In this document: piece after piece, positions 18,901 through 29,800 of the stretch | How the letters are laid out: every line of letters starts with the position of its first letter | Numbering within the stretch: position 1 is the stretch's first letter | Origin: Escherichia phage vB_EcoS_HdH2 | Sequence record: NC_048748.1 | Strand: one strand, 5' to 3' | Length of the DNA stretch: 64,000 nucleotides | Position numbers and translations under genes: made by a program | Notes under the pieces: model-generated | What the model was told of the DNA's origin: nothing | Seen by the model: the letters and a program-made list of their open reading frames with translations, nothing else | The model's database searches: none

Positions 18901-19666
18901 GTCTTGGGGCGAAACTACTGGCGGTTCTAACGATAAAATCGAATTCCTGAAGTTCAACAACGGTATCACTCGTGTCCGTATCGTTTCTGGTGTTCTTCCA
19001 CGTTATGTCTATTGGCTGACTAATAAAGAGGGTAGCGTAGCTCCTTTCGAATGTCTTCGTTTCAACCGTGACAAAGAGAGCTTTGTTCGTGGTAAAGCTG
19101 ATCCGGTTCATGAGATGGGTTTCTTCGAGAAAGAGCTGGATAAAGATGGTAATCGTGTTCCGCTGAAACCGAAGAAAAACTATATCGCTTTTGTTATCGA
19201 CCGTTCTGATAACAAACTGAAAGTAATGGAAGTCAAAGCTACTATTCTGAAAGGCATCCAGTCTATCATGAAGCAGTTGAATCTGGCAACTCCGTTTGAT
19301 ATTGATATTTCTATCGAGAAAAAAGGCAAAGGTTTCGATACTGAGTATGATGTACAGCAGATTGCTGCTATGCAGTTCCAGATTAAGCTGCAAGATCCTA
19401 ACAGTGCAGAATCTAAGCAATATGCTGCGGATGTAGATCTGATTGGTGAAGCTATGTGTGATGAAGATGGCGACATCATTAAGTTCGAAAAAGTTCCTTC
19501 TCTGGAACAAACCTATCCGGTTCCTACCTATGAAGAGCAGAAAGAAGCAATTCTAGCCTTCATGGAGGGTCGCGAGAATAAAGATGATGATGCCAAATCT
19601 GGTAATAGCAATGCAGGCTCCCAGAAAGGTATTGACTCAGAAGCTGCAAGCGATCTGGATGACTAA
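18893..19666 (+). CDS. abundant early protein with acidic C-terminal tail; candidate ssDNA-binding protein (D11 position)
   Basis: 257 aa; host-optimal codons; SD AAAGAGGAA; C-terminus DSEAASDLDD; terminator downstream. Confidence 0.6.
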   Translation: MAKSWGETTGGSNDKIEFLKFNNGITRVRIVSGVLPRYVYWLTNKEGSVAPFECLRFNRDKESFVRGKADPVHEMGFFEKELDKDGNRVPLKPKKNYIAFVIDRSDNKLKVMEVKATILKGIQSIMKQLNLATPFDIDISIEKKGKGFDTEYDVQQIAAMQFQIKLQDPNSAESKQYAADVDLIGEAMCDEDGDIIKFEKVPSLEQTYPVPTYEEQKEAILAFMEGRENKDDDAKSGNSNAGSQKGIDSEAASDLDD

Positions 19667-19672
19667 TAGATA

Positions 19673-19698
19673 GAGGGGCTTCGGCCCCTTTCTTTTTA
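19673..19698 (+). terminator. intrinsic terminator
   Basis: aggggc-ttcg-gcccct followed by ttctttttaa. Confidence 0.75.
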
Positions 19699-19702
19699 AC
19701 TT

Positions 19703-20680
19703 ATGAGAATATTATTTAGTGCTGATCATCATATCAAACTAGGACAAGATAAAGTTCCAAAGGAATGGCAGAAGCGTCGCTTCCTGATGCTAGGAGAACG
19801 GTTAAATGATATATTCCATAATCATAACTGTGATCTTCATATTGCTGGTGGTGATATACTTGACGTTGCCGACCCGTCGTCAGAAGAAATAGAACTGCTT
19901 GAACAGTTCATGTCAAGACTCGACCATCCAGGCAAAATCTTTACTGGAAATCATGAAATGTTAACTAAAACCATTTCATGTCTATATCATTATGCAGGAG
20001 TTATTAATAAAGTAACGAGTGGTAAGTGGGAAGTAATTACTAAACCATATCGTTCCCCTGAATTTGATATTGTTCCATATGACGAAATCCATAAATCTAA
20101 GTGGAAACCATCTGAATCAAAACTATGTTTCACACATGTTCGTGGTGAAATCCCTCCACATGTAAAACCAGAAATTGATCTAACTAAGTATAACTGTTAT
20201 GATACTGTAATTGCTGGCGATTTACATTCTTATACTAATAGCCAGACTATCGGATCTACTAGACTTCTCTACCCAGGGTCTCCATTAACTACATCGTTCC
20301 ATAGAGAACGCACAAAAGGTACAAATGGTTGCTTTATCATTGATACCGACACATTAAAAGTAGAATGGATTGAACTAGGGGATTTACCACAACTGATTCG
20401 TAAAACAATCGGAGCTGGTGAAGAGATGGAACCTAGTGATTATGATCGTGTAGTCTATGAAGTTACTGGTGACGTTGTTCAATTAAAGTCTATTAAAGAC
20501 TCTGATTTATTAGATAAGAAGATTAACCATCGAGTTACTAAAGATGCTAAGTTAAATCTTGTTGATCTTGATATGTTAGGTGAACTTGAACTTTACTTCC
20601 GTGAAGTCGAGAAGCTATCTCAAGGCGACATTGATAGAATCTTGGCTAGAGCTGCGAAATATGTCAAAGATTACAATTAA
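19703..20680 (+). CDS. SbcD/Mre11-like nuclease subunit (T5 D12-like)
   Basis: Calcineurin-type motifs FSADHH, IAGGDILD, GNHE; 325 aa. Confidence 0.8.
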   Translation: MRILFSADHHIKLGQDKVPKEWQKRRFLMLGERLNDIFHNHNCDLHIAGGDILDVADPSSEEIELLEQFMSRLDHPGKIFTGNHEMLTKTISCLYHYAGVINKVTSGKWEVITKPYRSPEFDIVPYDEIHKSKWKPSESKLCFTHVRGEIPPHVKPEIDLTKYNCYDTVIAGDLHSYTNSQTIGSTRLLYPGSPLTTSFHRERTKGTNGCFIIDTDTLKVEWIELGDLPQLIRKTIGAGEEMEPSDYDRVVYEVTGDVVQLKSIKDSDLLDKKINHRVTKDAKLNLVDLDMLGELELYFREVEKLSQGDIDRILARAAKYVKDYN

Positions 20681-22499
20681 GACACTAAAATTTAGTAACG
20701 TTATGTCTTACGGTAAGGACATCGTAATTCATTTCGATAAGAATCCAGTTACTCAACTAATTGGTGGCAATGGGCTAGGGAAATCCACCATCGCTACGGT
20801 TATCGAGGAATTGTTTTATAACAAGAACTCACGTGGTATTAAGAAAGATGCTCTGTTCTCTTGGAATGCCCCTAAGAAAGAATACGATATGCACGCTTAC
20901 TTTTCAAAAGATGATGATGAGTATGAGCTGCATAAAGTAGTTAAGTCAACTGCTAAAGTAACGTTGATTAAGAATGGGGAAGATATTAGTGGACATACGG
21001 CAACCCAAACATACAAGATAATTGAAGAGATTATGGGTGGTGACTTTCAAACATTCACCAAACTGATTTATCAATCAGTGGGTTCCAACCTAGATTTTCT
21101 AAAAGCAACAGATGCAACACGTAAGGCTTTTCTTGTTAACTTGTTCAATCAAGAGCAATACAAAGAAATGTCGGAAACTGTTAAGGCTGACCGTAAAGAA
21201 ATAGCAAATACCTTAAATAATTTGCAGGGCCAGATGGCTGTAATTACGAAAATCCTTAATGGGAAAAATAATCTCGGGAGTTTACAGGAACCGGTTGAAG
21301 TTCCTGAGTTTGATGAAGAACCATTAGCACAAGAACTTACTGAATCGAAAATTAAGGCGGCATTAGCCAAGTCTCAAGAGGCTAATATTACTAAATTGCG
21401 TAATTTGGACAAAGCTGTACAAGTTGCCGAACAATCTTTCGAGCCTTTCAAAAATTTGCCCGCGCCCACTGACCAAAACGAAGAGATCTCAAGTGTTACG
21501 CGTGACCTAACGATTGTGACCTCACGTGCGGGCGAAGTTAAGAAACGTTATCAGAAGTTCAAGCAAGAAGCTTCAAATACTGAATGCCCTACTTGTGGTA
21601 CTCATCTGGATACAACTGCTGCTCAAAAAGCAATGGATATGGCTAGAATAGAATATGATCCTCTGTTCAAAGAGAAGCAATCTCTTGAAGCTAAGCTAGA
21701 ACAGTTGAAGAAAGAACAACTTGAGTACGTTGCGTATACTAGAGCAAAGGATGCTTTGGATAAAGCGGTGGTAGCTAGAGACGAGTTCAAAAATTCAATG
21801 AGTGATGCTTCTTTTGAAGAACTCAATGTGCAAATCCTACAGGTGCAAATCCGACAATTAGAACAGGCAATCGCTGATGGACGTTCTAAGGTTGCAATTG
21901 CCAAAGAGCATAATGCAAATGTCGAATTAGCTAATGCAAAATATAAAGCGAAAATAGAACAGATTGAGAAAGCTGAAGCAGAAATGTCTGAGATTACTTC
22001 CAAACTGAATGGAGTATCAGAAGCTGTAGCTGATCTTGATATTCTAATTGCTGCTTTGAAAAATCTGGTGGGATATAAATTAGAGCATAGTGTGAAAGTA
22101 TTTGAAGAACTAATTAATAAATACCTTTCCATTATGACTGGAGGTAAATTCGCACTTGGATTTGAACTTGATGAAACAAAATTACAAGTAGTAATCTTCA
22201 ATGATGGAAACCGTACCAGTATGGAGAACTGCTCTACTGGTCAGCAAAGTCGAATTAATCTAGCAACATTGTTAGCGATTCGTATGCTGTTAACATCTAT
22301 TAGTAAAGTTAATATTAATCTTCTATTCCTTGATGAAGTAATTAGCTTTATTGATACGAAAGGACTTGATACTCTCGTTGAACTATTAAATGAGGAAGAA
22401 AGTCTAAATTCTATCATTGTTTCTCATGGGCATACGCATCCATTAGCTCATAAGATTACTGTCAAAAAAGATGCAGAAGGATTTTCCTACTTAGAATAA
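20661..22499 (+). CDS. SbcC/Rad50-like ATPase subunit (T5 D13-like)
   Basis: Start moved to ATG 20661 (MSKITIKTLKFSNV, typical Rad50 N-terminus); Walker A GGNGLGKST, zinc-hook-like CPTCG in coiled-coil, LLFLDEV near C-terminus. Confidence 0.8.
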   Translation: MSKITIKTLKFSNVMSYGKDIVIHFDKNPVTQLIGGNGLGKSTIATVIEELFYNKNSRGIKKDALFSWNAPKKEYDMHAYFSKDDDEYELHKVVKSTAKVTLIKNGEDISGHTATQTYKIIEEIMGGDFQTFTKLIYQSVGSNLDFLKATDATRKAFLVNLFNQEQYKEMSETVKADRKEIANTLNNLQGQMAVITKILNGKNNLGSLQEPVEVPEFDEEPLAQELTESKIKAALAKSQEANITKLRNLDKAVQVAEQSFEPFKNLPAPTDQNEEISSVTRDLTIVTSRAGEVKKRYQKFKQEASNTECPTCGTHLDTTAAQKAMDMARIEYDPLFKEKQSLEAKLEQLKKEQLEYVAYTRAKDALDKAVVARDEFKNSMSDASFEELNVQILQVQIRQLEQAIADGRSKVAIAKEHNANVELANAKYKAKIEQIEKAEAEMSEITSKLNGVSEAVADLDILIAALKNLVGYKLEHSVKVFEELINKYLSIMTGGKFALGFELDETKLQVVIFNDGNRTSMENCSTGQQSRINLATLLAIRMLLTSISKVNINLLFLDEVISFIDTKGLDTLVELLNEEESLNSIIVSHGHTHPLAHKITVKKDAEGFSYLE

Positions 22500-22502
22500 A
22501 AC

Positions 22503-22985
22503 ATGGCTGTAGATAGTAGAGAGAAAGGTAAACGTGGTGAATATCAGGTAAGAGATATTCTACGTGAGCGTACAGGTCTTGAGTGGGAACGTGTTCCTGG
22601 CTCTGGTGCTTTTGGCCAGAGCCACGGACTGAAGGGTGACATCTACCTTCCACCACAAAGCGGACACATTAGTAAATACTGCTTCGAGGTTAAGTGGTAT
22701 AAAGATGATAATATATCAAGTAATTTATTTAATGTTGGTGAATCCACTCTAGAGAAGTGGTGGCAGCAGTGCTCACGTGAAGGTGAGCAGATGAACTCCA
22801 AACCTGCATTAATATTCAAGAAAGACAGAGGACAGTGGTTAATAGCTTTGGATAGCTCAGACCCGATGGTTGACAACTTAATGAGTCGTACCCATATGGT
22901 GTTAAATAAGAAAGACATGGAAATCGTAATTGGTTTATTTGAGCCATGGCTACATCATGCATCTGTTGAGGACTTAATTAAATAA
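22503..22985 (+). CDS. hypothetical protein (D14 position), possible nuclease fold
   Basis: 160 aa between the SbcC-like and flap endonuclease genes; function not readable from sequence. Confidence 0.5.
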   Translation: MAVDSREKGKRGEYQVRDILRERTGLEWERVPGSGAFGQSHGLKGDIYLPPQSGHISKYCFEVKWYKDDNISSNLFNVGESTLEKWWQQCSREGEQMNSKPALIFKKDRGQWLIALDSSDPMVDNLMSRTHMVLNKKDMEIVIGLFEPWLHHASVEDLIK

Positions 22986-23860
22986 TGAGTAAATCCTGGG
23001 GAAAATTTATTGAAGAAGAGGAAGCTGAAATGGCTTCCCGTCGTAACCTAATGATTGTCGATGGAACTAACTTAGGCTTTCGCTTCAAACATAACAACAG
23101 TAAAAAACCATTTGCCTCAAGTTATGTTTCCACTATTCAGTCTCTAGCAAAATCTTATTCTGCTAGAACTACAATAGTTTTAGGGGATAAAGGGAAGTCT
23201 GCATTCCGCTTAGAGCATCTCCCCGAGTATAAGGGAAATCGAGATGAGAAATACTCACAGCGTACGGAAGAGGAGAAAGCGCTAGATGAGCAGTTCTTTG
23301 AGTATTTAAAGGATGCTTTCGAATTATGTGAAACTACATTCCCAACTTTCACTATTCGTGGTGTAGAAGCAGACGACATGGCAGCTTATATTGTTAAGCT
23401 CATCGGGCATCTATATGATCACGTTTGGTTGATTTCTACTGACGGTGACTGGGATACCTTATTAACTGATAAAGTTTCTCGCTTCTCTTTCACAACACGT
23501 CGTGAATATCATCTTCGTGATATGTACGAGCATCATAATGTTGACGATGTAGAGCAGTTTATCTCTCTGAAAGCAATTATGGGTGATTTAGGGGATAATA
23601 TCCGAGGTGTTGAAGGTATTGGGGCAAAACGCGGTTATAACATTATTCGTGAATTCGGTAACGTTCTGGATATTATTGATCAGCTCCCATTGCCTGGAAA
23701 ACAGAAATATATACAAAATTTAAATGCTTCGGAAGAGTTGCTTTATCGAAACCTAATTCTGGTTGATTTACCTACCTACTGTGTGGATGCTATTGCTGCT
23801 GTAGGTCAAGATGTATTAGATAAGTTTACAAAAGATATTTTGGAGATTGCAGAACAATGA
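22985..23860 (+). CDS. D15: 5'-3' exonuclease / flap endonuclease (T5 D15-type)
   Basis: 291 aa; MIVDGTNLGFR, GDKGKSAFRLEHLPEYKGNR, H3TH LKAIMGDLGDNIRGVEGIGAKRG. Confidence 0.95.
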   Translation: MSKSWGKFIEEEEAEMASRRNLMIVDGTNLGFRFKHNNSKKPFASSYVSTIQSLAKSYSARTTIVLGDKGKSAFRLEHLPEYKGNRDEKYSQRTEEEKALDEQFFEYLKDAFELCETTFPTFTIRGVEADDMAAYIVKLIGHLYDHVWLISTDGDWDTLLTDKVSRFSFTTRREYHLRDMYEHHNVDDVEQFISLKAIMGDLGDNIRGVEGIGAKRGYNIIREFGNVLDIIDQLPLPGKQKYIQNLNASEELLYRNLILVDLPTYCVDAIAAVGQDVLDKFTKDILEIAEQ

Positions 23861-24303
23861 TTAAAATTAAATTAACTCATCCAGATTGTATGCCTAAGAT
23901 TGGTTCCGAGGATGCCGCAGGTATGGATCTGCGAGCATTCTTTGGTACTAACCCTGCTGCAGATTTACGAGCTATTGCACCAGGTAAATCTCTAATGATT
24001 GACACCGGTGTCGCGGTGGAAATTCCGCGAGGTTGGTTCGGTTTGGTAGTTCCACGTAGTTCTTTAGGTAAACGCCATCTGATAATTGCAAATACCGCAG
24101 GGGTGATCGACTCAGATTATCGTGGAACTATTAAGATGAACCTGTTTAACTACGGTTCTGAAATTCAAACATTAGAAAATTTCGAGAGACTTTGTCAACT
24201 AGTAGTAGTACCACACTACTCAACTCATAATTTTGAAATCGTTGATAAACTAGAGGAGACTGATCGTGGAGAAGGTGGATTTGGAAGCTCAGGAAGTAAG
24301 TAA
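23857..24303 (+). CDS. dut: dUTP pyrophosphatase
   Basis: AGMDLRA, VIDSDYRGTI, C-terminal RGEGGFGSSG; 148 aa. Confidence 0.9.
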   Translation: MIKIKLTHPDCMPKIGSEDAAGMDLRAFFGTNPAADLRAIAPGKSLMIDTGVAVEIPRGWFGLVVPRSSLGKRHLIIANTAGVIDSDYRGTIKMNLFNYGSEIQTLENFERLCQLVVVPHYSTHNFEIVDKLEETDRGEGGFGSSGSK

Positions 24304-24538
24304 TTTTACTGATCCTAATGGAGTAGGCCTAGACTTAGCTGAACCTACTAATTTCTATCATGTGGCTGTTGCTCAGCCTGATCTTAACAAAATTGTACTT
24401 AAAGTCGATATGTTTGGTAATGTGGAACAGTGGGATGAGGAAGGATTCTTGAACCTATGTAATGAGTCTCAAGATCCAACTCTCAAAGCCATGTTAGCCG
24501 TGTATAACTTAGGTATTATCAAAGGAAGTAAAGATTAA
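24266..24538 (+). CDS. hypothetical protein
   Basis: 90-aa ORF ending just before the convergent terminator. Confidence 0.4.
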   Translation: MEKVDLEAQEVSNFTDPNGVGLDLAEPTNFYHVAVAQPDLNKIVLKVDMFGNVEQWDEEGFLNLCNESQDPTLKAMLAVYNLGIIKGSKD

Positions 24539-24544
24539 TAAAAA

Positions 24545-24574
24545 CCCCAGTGGATTGTCCACTGGGGTTTTCTT
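24545..24574. terminator. bidirectional intrinsic terminator between convergent early and late modules
   Basis: ccccagtgga-ttgt-ccactgggg flanked by A-run upstream and T-run downstream. Confidence 0.75.
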
Positions 24575-26818
24575 TTACTTAGCCTTTAACTCAGCTATCT
24601 GAAGTTTTAGCTCCTCTATCTGATTGCTTAGATTTTGAATTGCCGCTAGAGCATCTAATAGAAGCACATTCTCATCTAGGGCCAGAGAAGTAGAACCGTC
24701 GGAAGATTCGTATTTTCTTACATATTGACTATCAATCTCCTCTAGTTGTTGCGCGATAAAACCTCTACGTACCTGATTCCCTTTATCATATATGTACTTA
24801 AATGAGGTATACTCCATCTGCTTAATATTCTCCAGAGCAATGGAAGTACTTAAGGATTCAATATCCTTTTTCTTATTACGATCTGAAACTGGGGACTTAC
24901 TAAATATATAGTTAACAGTACCTGCATTATCACCAAAAGTAATATCATAACTAGTACCATTAAAGATAGTATTTCTAACAGCGTTACCACTAGGGGATTC
25001 CCCCGTACTAAGATCGTAATCCCAGCATTGCGTAAGCATTGCATTTGGGTGGGCGTTAATATCACTCCCCATAGTAAGTGTACCTAGAGCCGTATAGCTT
25101 CTCCAAGCGCCTCCAGGCCCTCCTGTACCTCCACCAACAATAGGGACAAAAGCTCCATAGAGGGAAGTATTCCACCAATCTTGTGCTCTAAAAGGAGTGT
25201 ACCCATAAGCTAAAGGAGTTGCAGAACCCCCTGTAGCTCTTCCCAGTCTAATTGCACCGTCTAACCCGAAATTAAAGTGGGCCACATCTATCTCACTTAC
25301 TAATTGGTTTTCTACAGCTATAACACCCACTAAGTTTCGTGCATAGGCACCTTGAGCATACATACGCATCCTATAGGCATCTGTTGTACCCACTCTGTAT
25401 TGAGAGGTTAGTTTACCACCTAATACAGTTGTACTAACTGCAGGAGCCGAGGCATCAGCATTAATAGAAGAAAAGTCTGTATTAGCAGCATTAAAAGAAC
25501 CATTAGCACGGATAATCCAAATACCTGTTGCATGGTTAGGGTATAGGTCACCAATAGGGCCAGTACCGCCGGGGTCTGATTGGTAAGCAGGACCACGTCC
25601 ATATGTCTTGTTACTTCTAGAGGCCGAAAATCCTAAGTGGTCTCCCTTATCTGAACCTCCTACAGTAAAGGAACTACCTGTATCTTGAGCATTTAAATAA
25701 AAAGCCCCCATGGCATCTGCAGCATCAGCGTTACTACCATGAGTATAGAAAGTACCAGTAATATTGGGGGCAGTCTGATTCCACACCTGATTAGCAGACG
25801 GTTCATTAGTGGCTCCAGAACTACCAGATAAGAATAGATGCTTAATACTATTTAACTGTGTACCATTAAGATCAGGAACTCGGAAAGTAGTAGAACCATC
25901 ACCAGTAGAGTAGGAAGCTCTCCAAGCGCTAGGTCTATTAGGATCCCCACTATTAATCCATAAAGCGTCGGAAACAGCGTAAAATAGACCACTAGATACC
26001 GCAGACCATAGATCTGCTGTTTTAGCATCAGTACGGCTAACTAACTGACCATCTGCTGGTATATAGCCGGCTGGCAGGTTAGTACGGTTACCATTGAACC
26101 ATTCAACAGCACCAATACGGTTATTCATAACTCCACTCATGCTAGCACCACCTCCTCCTGAGATATTAGCTAGCTGACGAACAGTAACAGCATCATAAGG
26201 TGCTTGACCATCGGCGGCTAATGCTAGAGGTTTACCATCTAGCAGCTTAGTTAAGGCCTCCGCAGGAGTACTAGCACCGGTACCACCAGATTGAATAGGT
26301 AAAGGTATAAATGTACCAGAAGCTGTGCTATAAACTCCCCATGTAGTACCTTCACCAACAGTAAGATAGTTTGTCGCATAAGGACTATATACTAGAGTTT
26401 CACCGGGGAACTGCTTAAACCTATTAAGCTCTAAGTTAGCTCTAGCATTTTCCGCAGTGCTAGCCCCTGTACCACCCTGAGCAACCGTAATAGCCTTAGT
26501 AAGTGCGTTTAGTTCAGTAATATCGTTATTAGCACCTTTAGCAGCTTTAGTGTTAAGAGTACTATTAATACTACCAATTGCAGTATTAATATTCCCAATA
26601 GCATCAGTGTTACTTTTGATAGAGCTATCAATACCAGTTAAACGCGTATTAAGTTCTTGCTGATCTAAGTTATATTTAGAAATTTGTAGATATTTGGATG
26701 TTAGTACGACAGCACCAGCTTCTCCATCAACAGAGAAAACGCCGGCAACTGCGGCGTCTCTATTAACTACAACATAGGGGGCCATAGCCCCACTTTTTGG
26801 CATTAAATTACGTGACAT
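24575..26818 (-). CDS. ltfB: L-shaped tail fibre protein B-like (LtfB-like), with C-terminal intramolecular chaperone domain
   Basis: 747 aa; GGTGAST...AR.NL repeats (x2); C-terminal block NKKKDIESLS...RRGFIAQQLEEID...LLLDALAAIQNL typical of self-cleaving S74-type chaperone. Confidence 0.75.
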   Translation of the reverse strand: MSRNLMPKSGAMAPYVVVNRDAAVAGVFSVDGEAGAVVLTSKYLQISKYNLDQQELNTRLTGIDSSIKSNTDAIGNINTAIGSINSTLNTKAAKGANNDITELNALTKAITVAQGGTGASTAENARANLELNRFKQFPGETLVYSPYATNYLTVGEGTTWGVYSTASGTFIPLPIQSGGTGASTPAEALTKLLDGKPLALAADGQAPYDAVTVRQLANISGGGGASMSGVMNNRIGAVEWFNGNRTNLPAGYIPADGQLVSRTDAKTADLWSAVSSGLFYAVSDALWINSGDPNRPSAWRASYSTGDGSTTFRVPDLNGTQLNSIKHLFLSGSSGATNEPSANQVWNQTAPNITGTFYTHGSNADAADAMGAFYLNAQDTGSSFTVGGSDKGDHLGFSASRSNKTYGRGPAYQSDPGGTGPIGDLYPNHATGIWIIRANGSFNAANTDFSSINADASAPAVSTTVLGGKLTSQYRVGTTDAYRMRMYAQGAYARNLVGVIAVENQLVSEIDVAHFNFGLDGAIRLGRATGGSATPLAYGYTPFRAQDWWNTSLYGAFVPIVGGGTGGPGGAWRSYTALGTLTMGSDINAHPNAMLTQCWDYDLSTGESPSGNAVRNTIFNGTSYDITFGDNAGTVNYIFSKSPVSDRNKKKDIESLSTSIALENIKQMEYTSFKYIYDKGNQVRRGFIAQQLEEIDSQYVRKYESSDGSTSLALDENVLLLDALAAIQNLSNQIEELKLQIAELKAK

Positions 26819-29800
26819 TAACTAGTACCTTTCATTTTGTCTAACTCTGCTTCTATATTTGATAATCTAGTCATCAAATCAAGCTTTTCGTTAATGTTGT
26901 CAATAACAGTGGACATCTCCTGTAATTTAGTCTCAAGAGACTTATTTCTTTCAGATAATACTTTAATAGCAGCTAAAGCATCCATTAATAATGGGTTGGT
27001 ATCTAGAGTTAAAGTAATATCGTCAGTTTCAGGGTTGCCAACAGATTTAACATATTGAGGATCAATCAACTCTAATTGTTGTGCAATAACACCACGTCTA
27101 ATATTCTTTTTCTTATCAAACTTATATGTGAATTTCTTGAACTCCATTTTTTCAATATTTTCAAGAGATTCTTCACCCGATACGTCCTGAATATTATCTT
27201 TTAAATTGATATCAGATACCGCATTTTTAGTATAAGTAAAGTTAAAGACAACGTTATCATAGTCTGATCCCCATCCGTTAATATCCCCTGACATGTGGAA
27301 CTGGTAGGTGCATGCCCAATTAGAGTCCCCGCGCAGTCTAAATACATAGGCAGGCCAAGCAGTAGGGCCACTGGCTATTAATCCAGTAGTAGCCCTCATC
27401 GGGTAACCACCTGTAGATTGAGTTCTGGCACTAATAATAGGCACAAACCCGTGATCATTATCTACTACATCAGAAGCTTGAAAAGGAGCGAAGAAACCAA
27501 ATGAATCCCCATCCCAGGGTTTCTGGTATCCTTGAGTATGCATGCGCTCTGCATTCCAAGCCCCGGAATCCATATACAGATTAGCATATTTAGTAGCAGT
27601 AAAGGAACCGTCTGCAGTACGTCTATAGGCAGCTATCGTAGCTCTTTCAGTAAGAGATTGGCCATAATTACCTTCTGAGTAAAATAGCGCTTCTAAACGA
27701 GGTGTGTCTGGATCCACCGAGTTATCCAACTGGACTTGTGCAGAAAAAACCTCCGATCCTATGTAAGATCCCGCCGAAGGAACCGCGTGGTATTTACGGG
27801 AAATAACACCACCATTCTTAATATTAATAGGCCAACCTTCCAGATTACGTAGCTGAGTAATATCGAAGTTAATACCAGCACTTGCAGCCTCTAGGTTTTT
27901 TCTAGCTTGAGCTGGCTCAGTAGCTCCAGTACCCCCATGCTCAACAGGTAAAGATACCCACTTGTTCTCAGAATGGTCGTATACTCCCCAGTTTTTAGTG
28001 TCTTGGACCATAAACACTATATTTTGATCCTGAGAGGTTATATGTGTTCCTCCTTCTAGCTGCTTTACTCTATCCACTTCTAGGTTAGTTTTGGCGGAAC
28101 TAACTGTAGAAGCTCCTGTCCCTCCTTTAGCTAGACTTAAGACACCTTGAGTATCACCATTTAGATCTGGCTTGTTAACAGTACCATAAAGAATATTAGT
28201 ATGAACAATAGGGTTTTCACTATCTAAACCAGCATCATTGATTGCAGCTACAAATACTGCGGCACTACCATACCCAGCACAGATAAATGAATTAGTATCT
28301 GCTACCCTAGAGTAGAAACCTGCAGAATACGAGGGCAAGCCCTCAACTCCAGTATCATTGCGATAATATCCAGAACCAAAAGCTCTCATAGCTTTAAAGA
28401 AGGATACTAGATCTGGCTCATTTAACGTAATACCAGCACCACCTAAGCCAAAAGCACCGCGAAGTAGAACTTCCCCATCAGTACCATTCCAAGCATTCTT
28501 AGTAACAACGTTACCTAGTGCTAGGTTACCATTCTCGTCTGGTATAATAGTTCCATTAACCATAGCCACGTAAGGGAGCTTAATAGCTCCAGTATCGTCA
28601 GCAGGACTAATCCCATTCACAGTGGTAATATAAGGAATTTGTTCTTTGATAGCACCAGCATCTTCTTCACCCTTAGTTGGTGCACGGAATGCCTGTCCCT
28701 GCATCATATCTGGTAGACGGAAAGTAGTAGTACCATTACCAGTGGAGAAATAGAGAGTTGCACCTGCTTGCCATTGTTCTTCGGTAACAGAAGGGATTAA
28801 GCCAGCCTCAATAGCTTCCCAAGTATCTGGGTAGTCTACACGAAGAACTTCACGACCATCAGCAGGAAGAACACCAGGGTAGCCAACACCTGAATCTTTA
28901 TCATAAGGGAACCAAGTAACTTCACCCAGCCATAAAGAGGGGTTACCACCAGGAAGAGTAATCTGTACGTTACCTGCGTCATCTGCACGAACGTTGTTAA
29001 TAGAAACTAGCTTTTGCTCTGTCTCTACTAACTCTAATACTGGAGTCTCAGCAGTTCCAGCTACTTTGTACCAACCGTACTTTGAATCAGTTTGATTCCA
29101 TACTAAAATCTTTTCACCTAATACACGACTAGATACATCTGCATCAGCTTCAGCTTTAGTTTTATATACTTTGATAAATCCAGAAATATCTTCTTTATCA
29201 AGTTTAGTGTCTACTATTTGAGCAGCACGATCAGCTTCTGCTTTAGCGCGATTAGCCTCAGTAGTTGCATTTCCTGCCTGATTAGTGGCTTCACCCTCAG
29301 ATGCAGCAGCATTAATCTCAGACGTTTTAGCATTTAATTCCGATTGCTTAGCAGCAGCAGCATGTTCTCCAGCAGTTGTAGCAGAATTAGCAGCTTTTAT
29401 TTCGGAAGAGGCGGTTCTTTTCTCAGCAGCTTCTGCACCAGTTTGGGCTGTCTGTGCAGCTATTTTAGCCTGTTCAGCTAATAAACGACTTTGTTCAGCA
29501 TTCTGCGCTGCCAATTCGGCAGAGTCTCTAAATCCCTTTGATTCTTGCGCAGAAGCTGCAGAATTATCTGCACTGCTTTGGGCTAATCCCGCCTGTTTTT
29601 CTGACTCAGTAGCAGAGGCAGCAGATTGAGTTGCTGAAGCTTCGGAAGCACCAGCATGAATACCTGCCTGAATCTCTGAATCTTTAGCTTTATTTTCAGA
29701 GTCTTTAGCTGCTATTTCAGAACCTTTAGCAGCAGCAGCGGATCCTGCAGCGGCCTCTACAGCAGCAGTTAATTCACCAGCAGTAATAGAACTAATAGAA

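Noticed and set aside
21623-22201. 192-aa minus-strand ORF
   Set aside because: Antisense to the SbcC-like gene, Ser/Cys-rich low-complexity translation; shadow ORF.
29285-29629. 114-aa Ala-rich plus-strand ORF
   Set aside because: Antisense to the repetitive Ala/Ser-rich N-terminus of the LtfA-like gene; artefact of GCN repeats.
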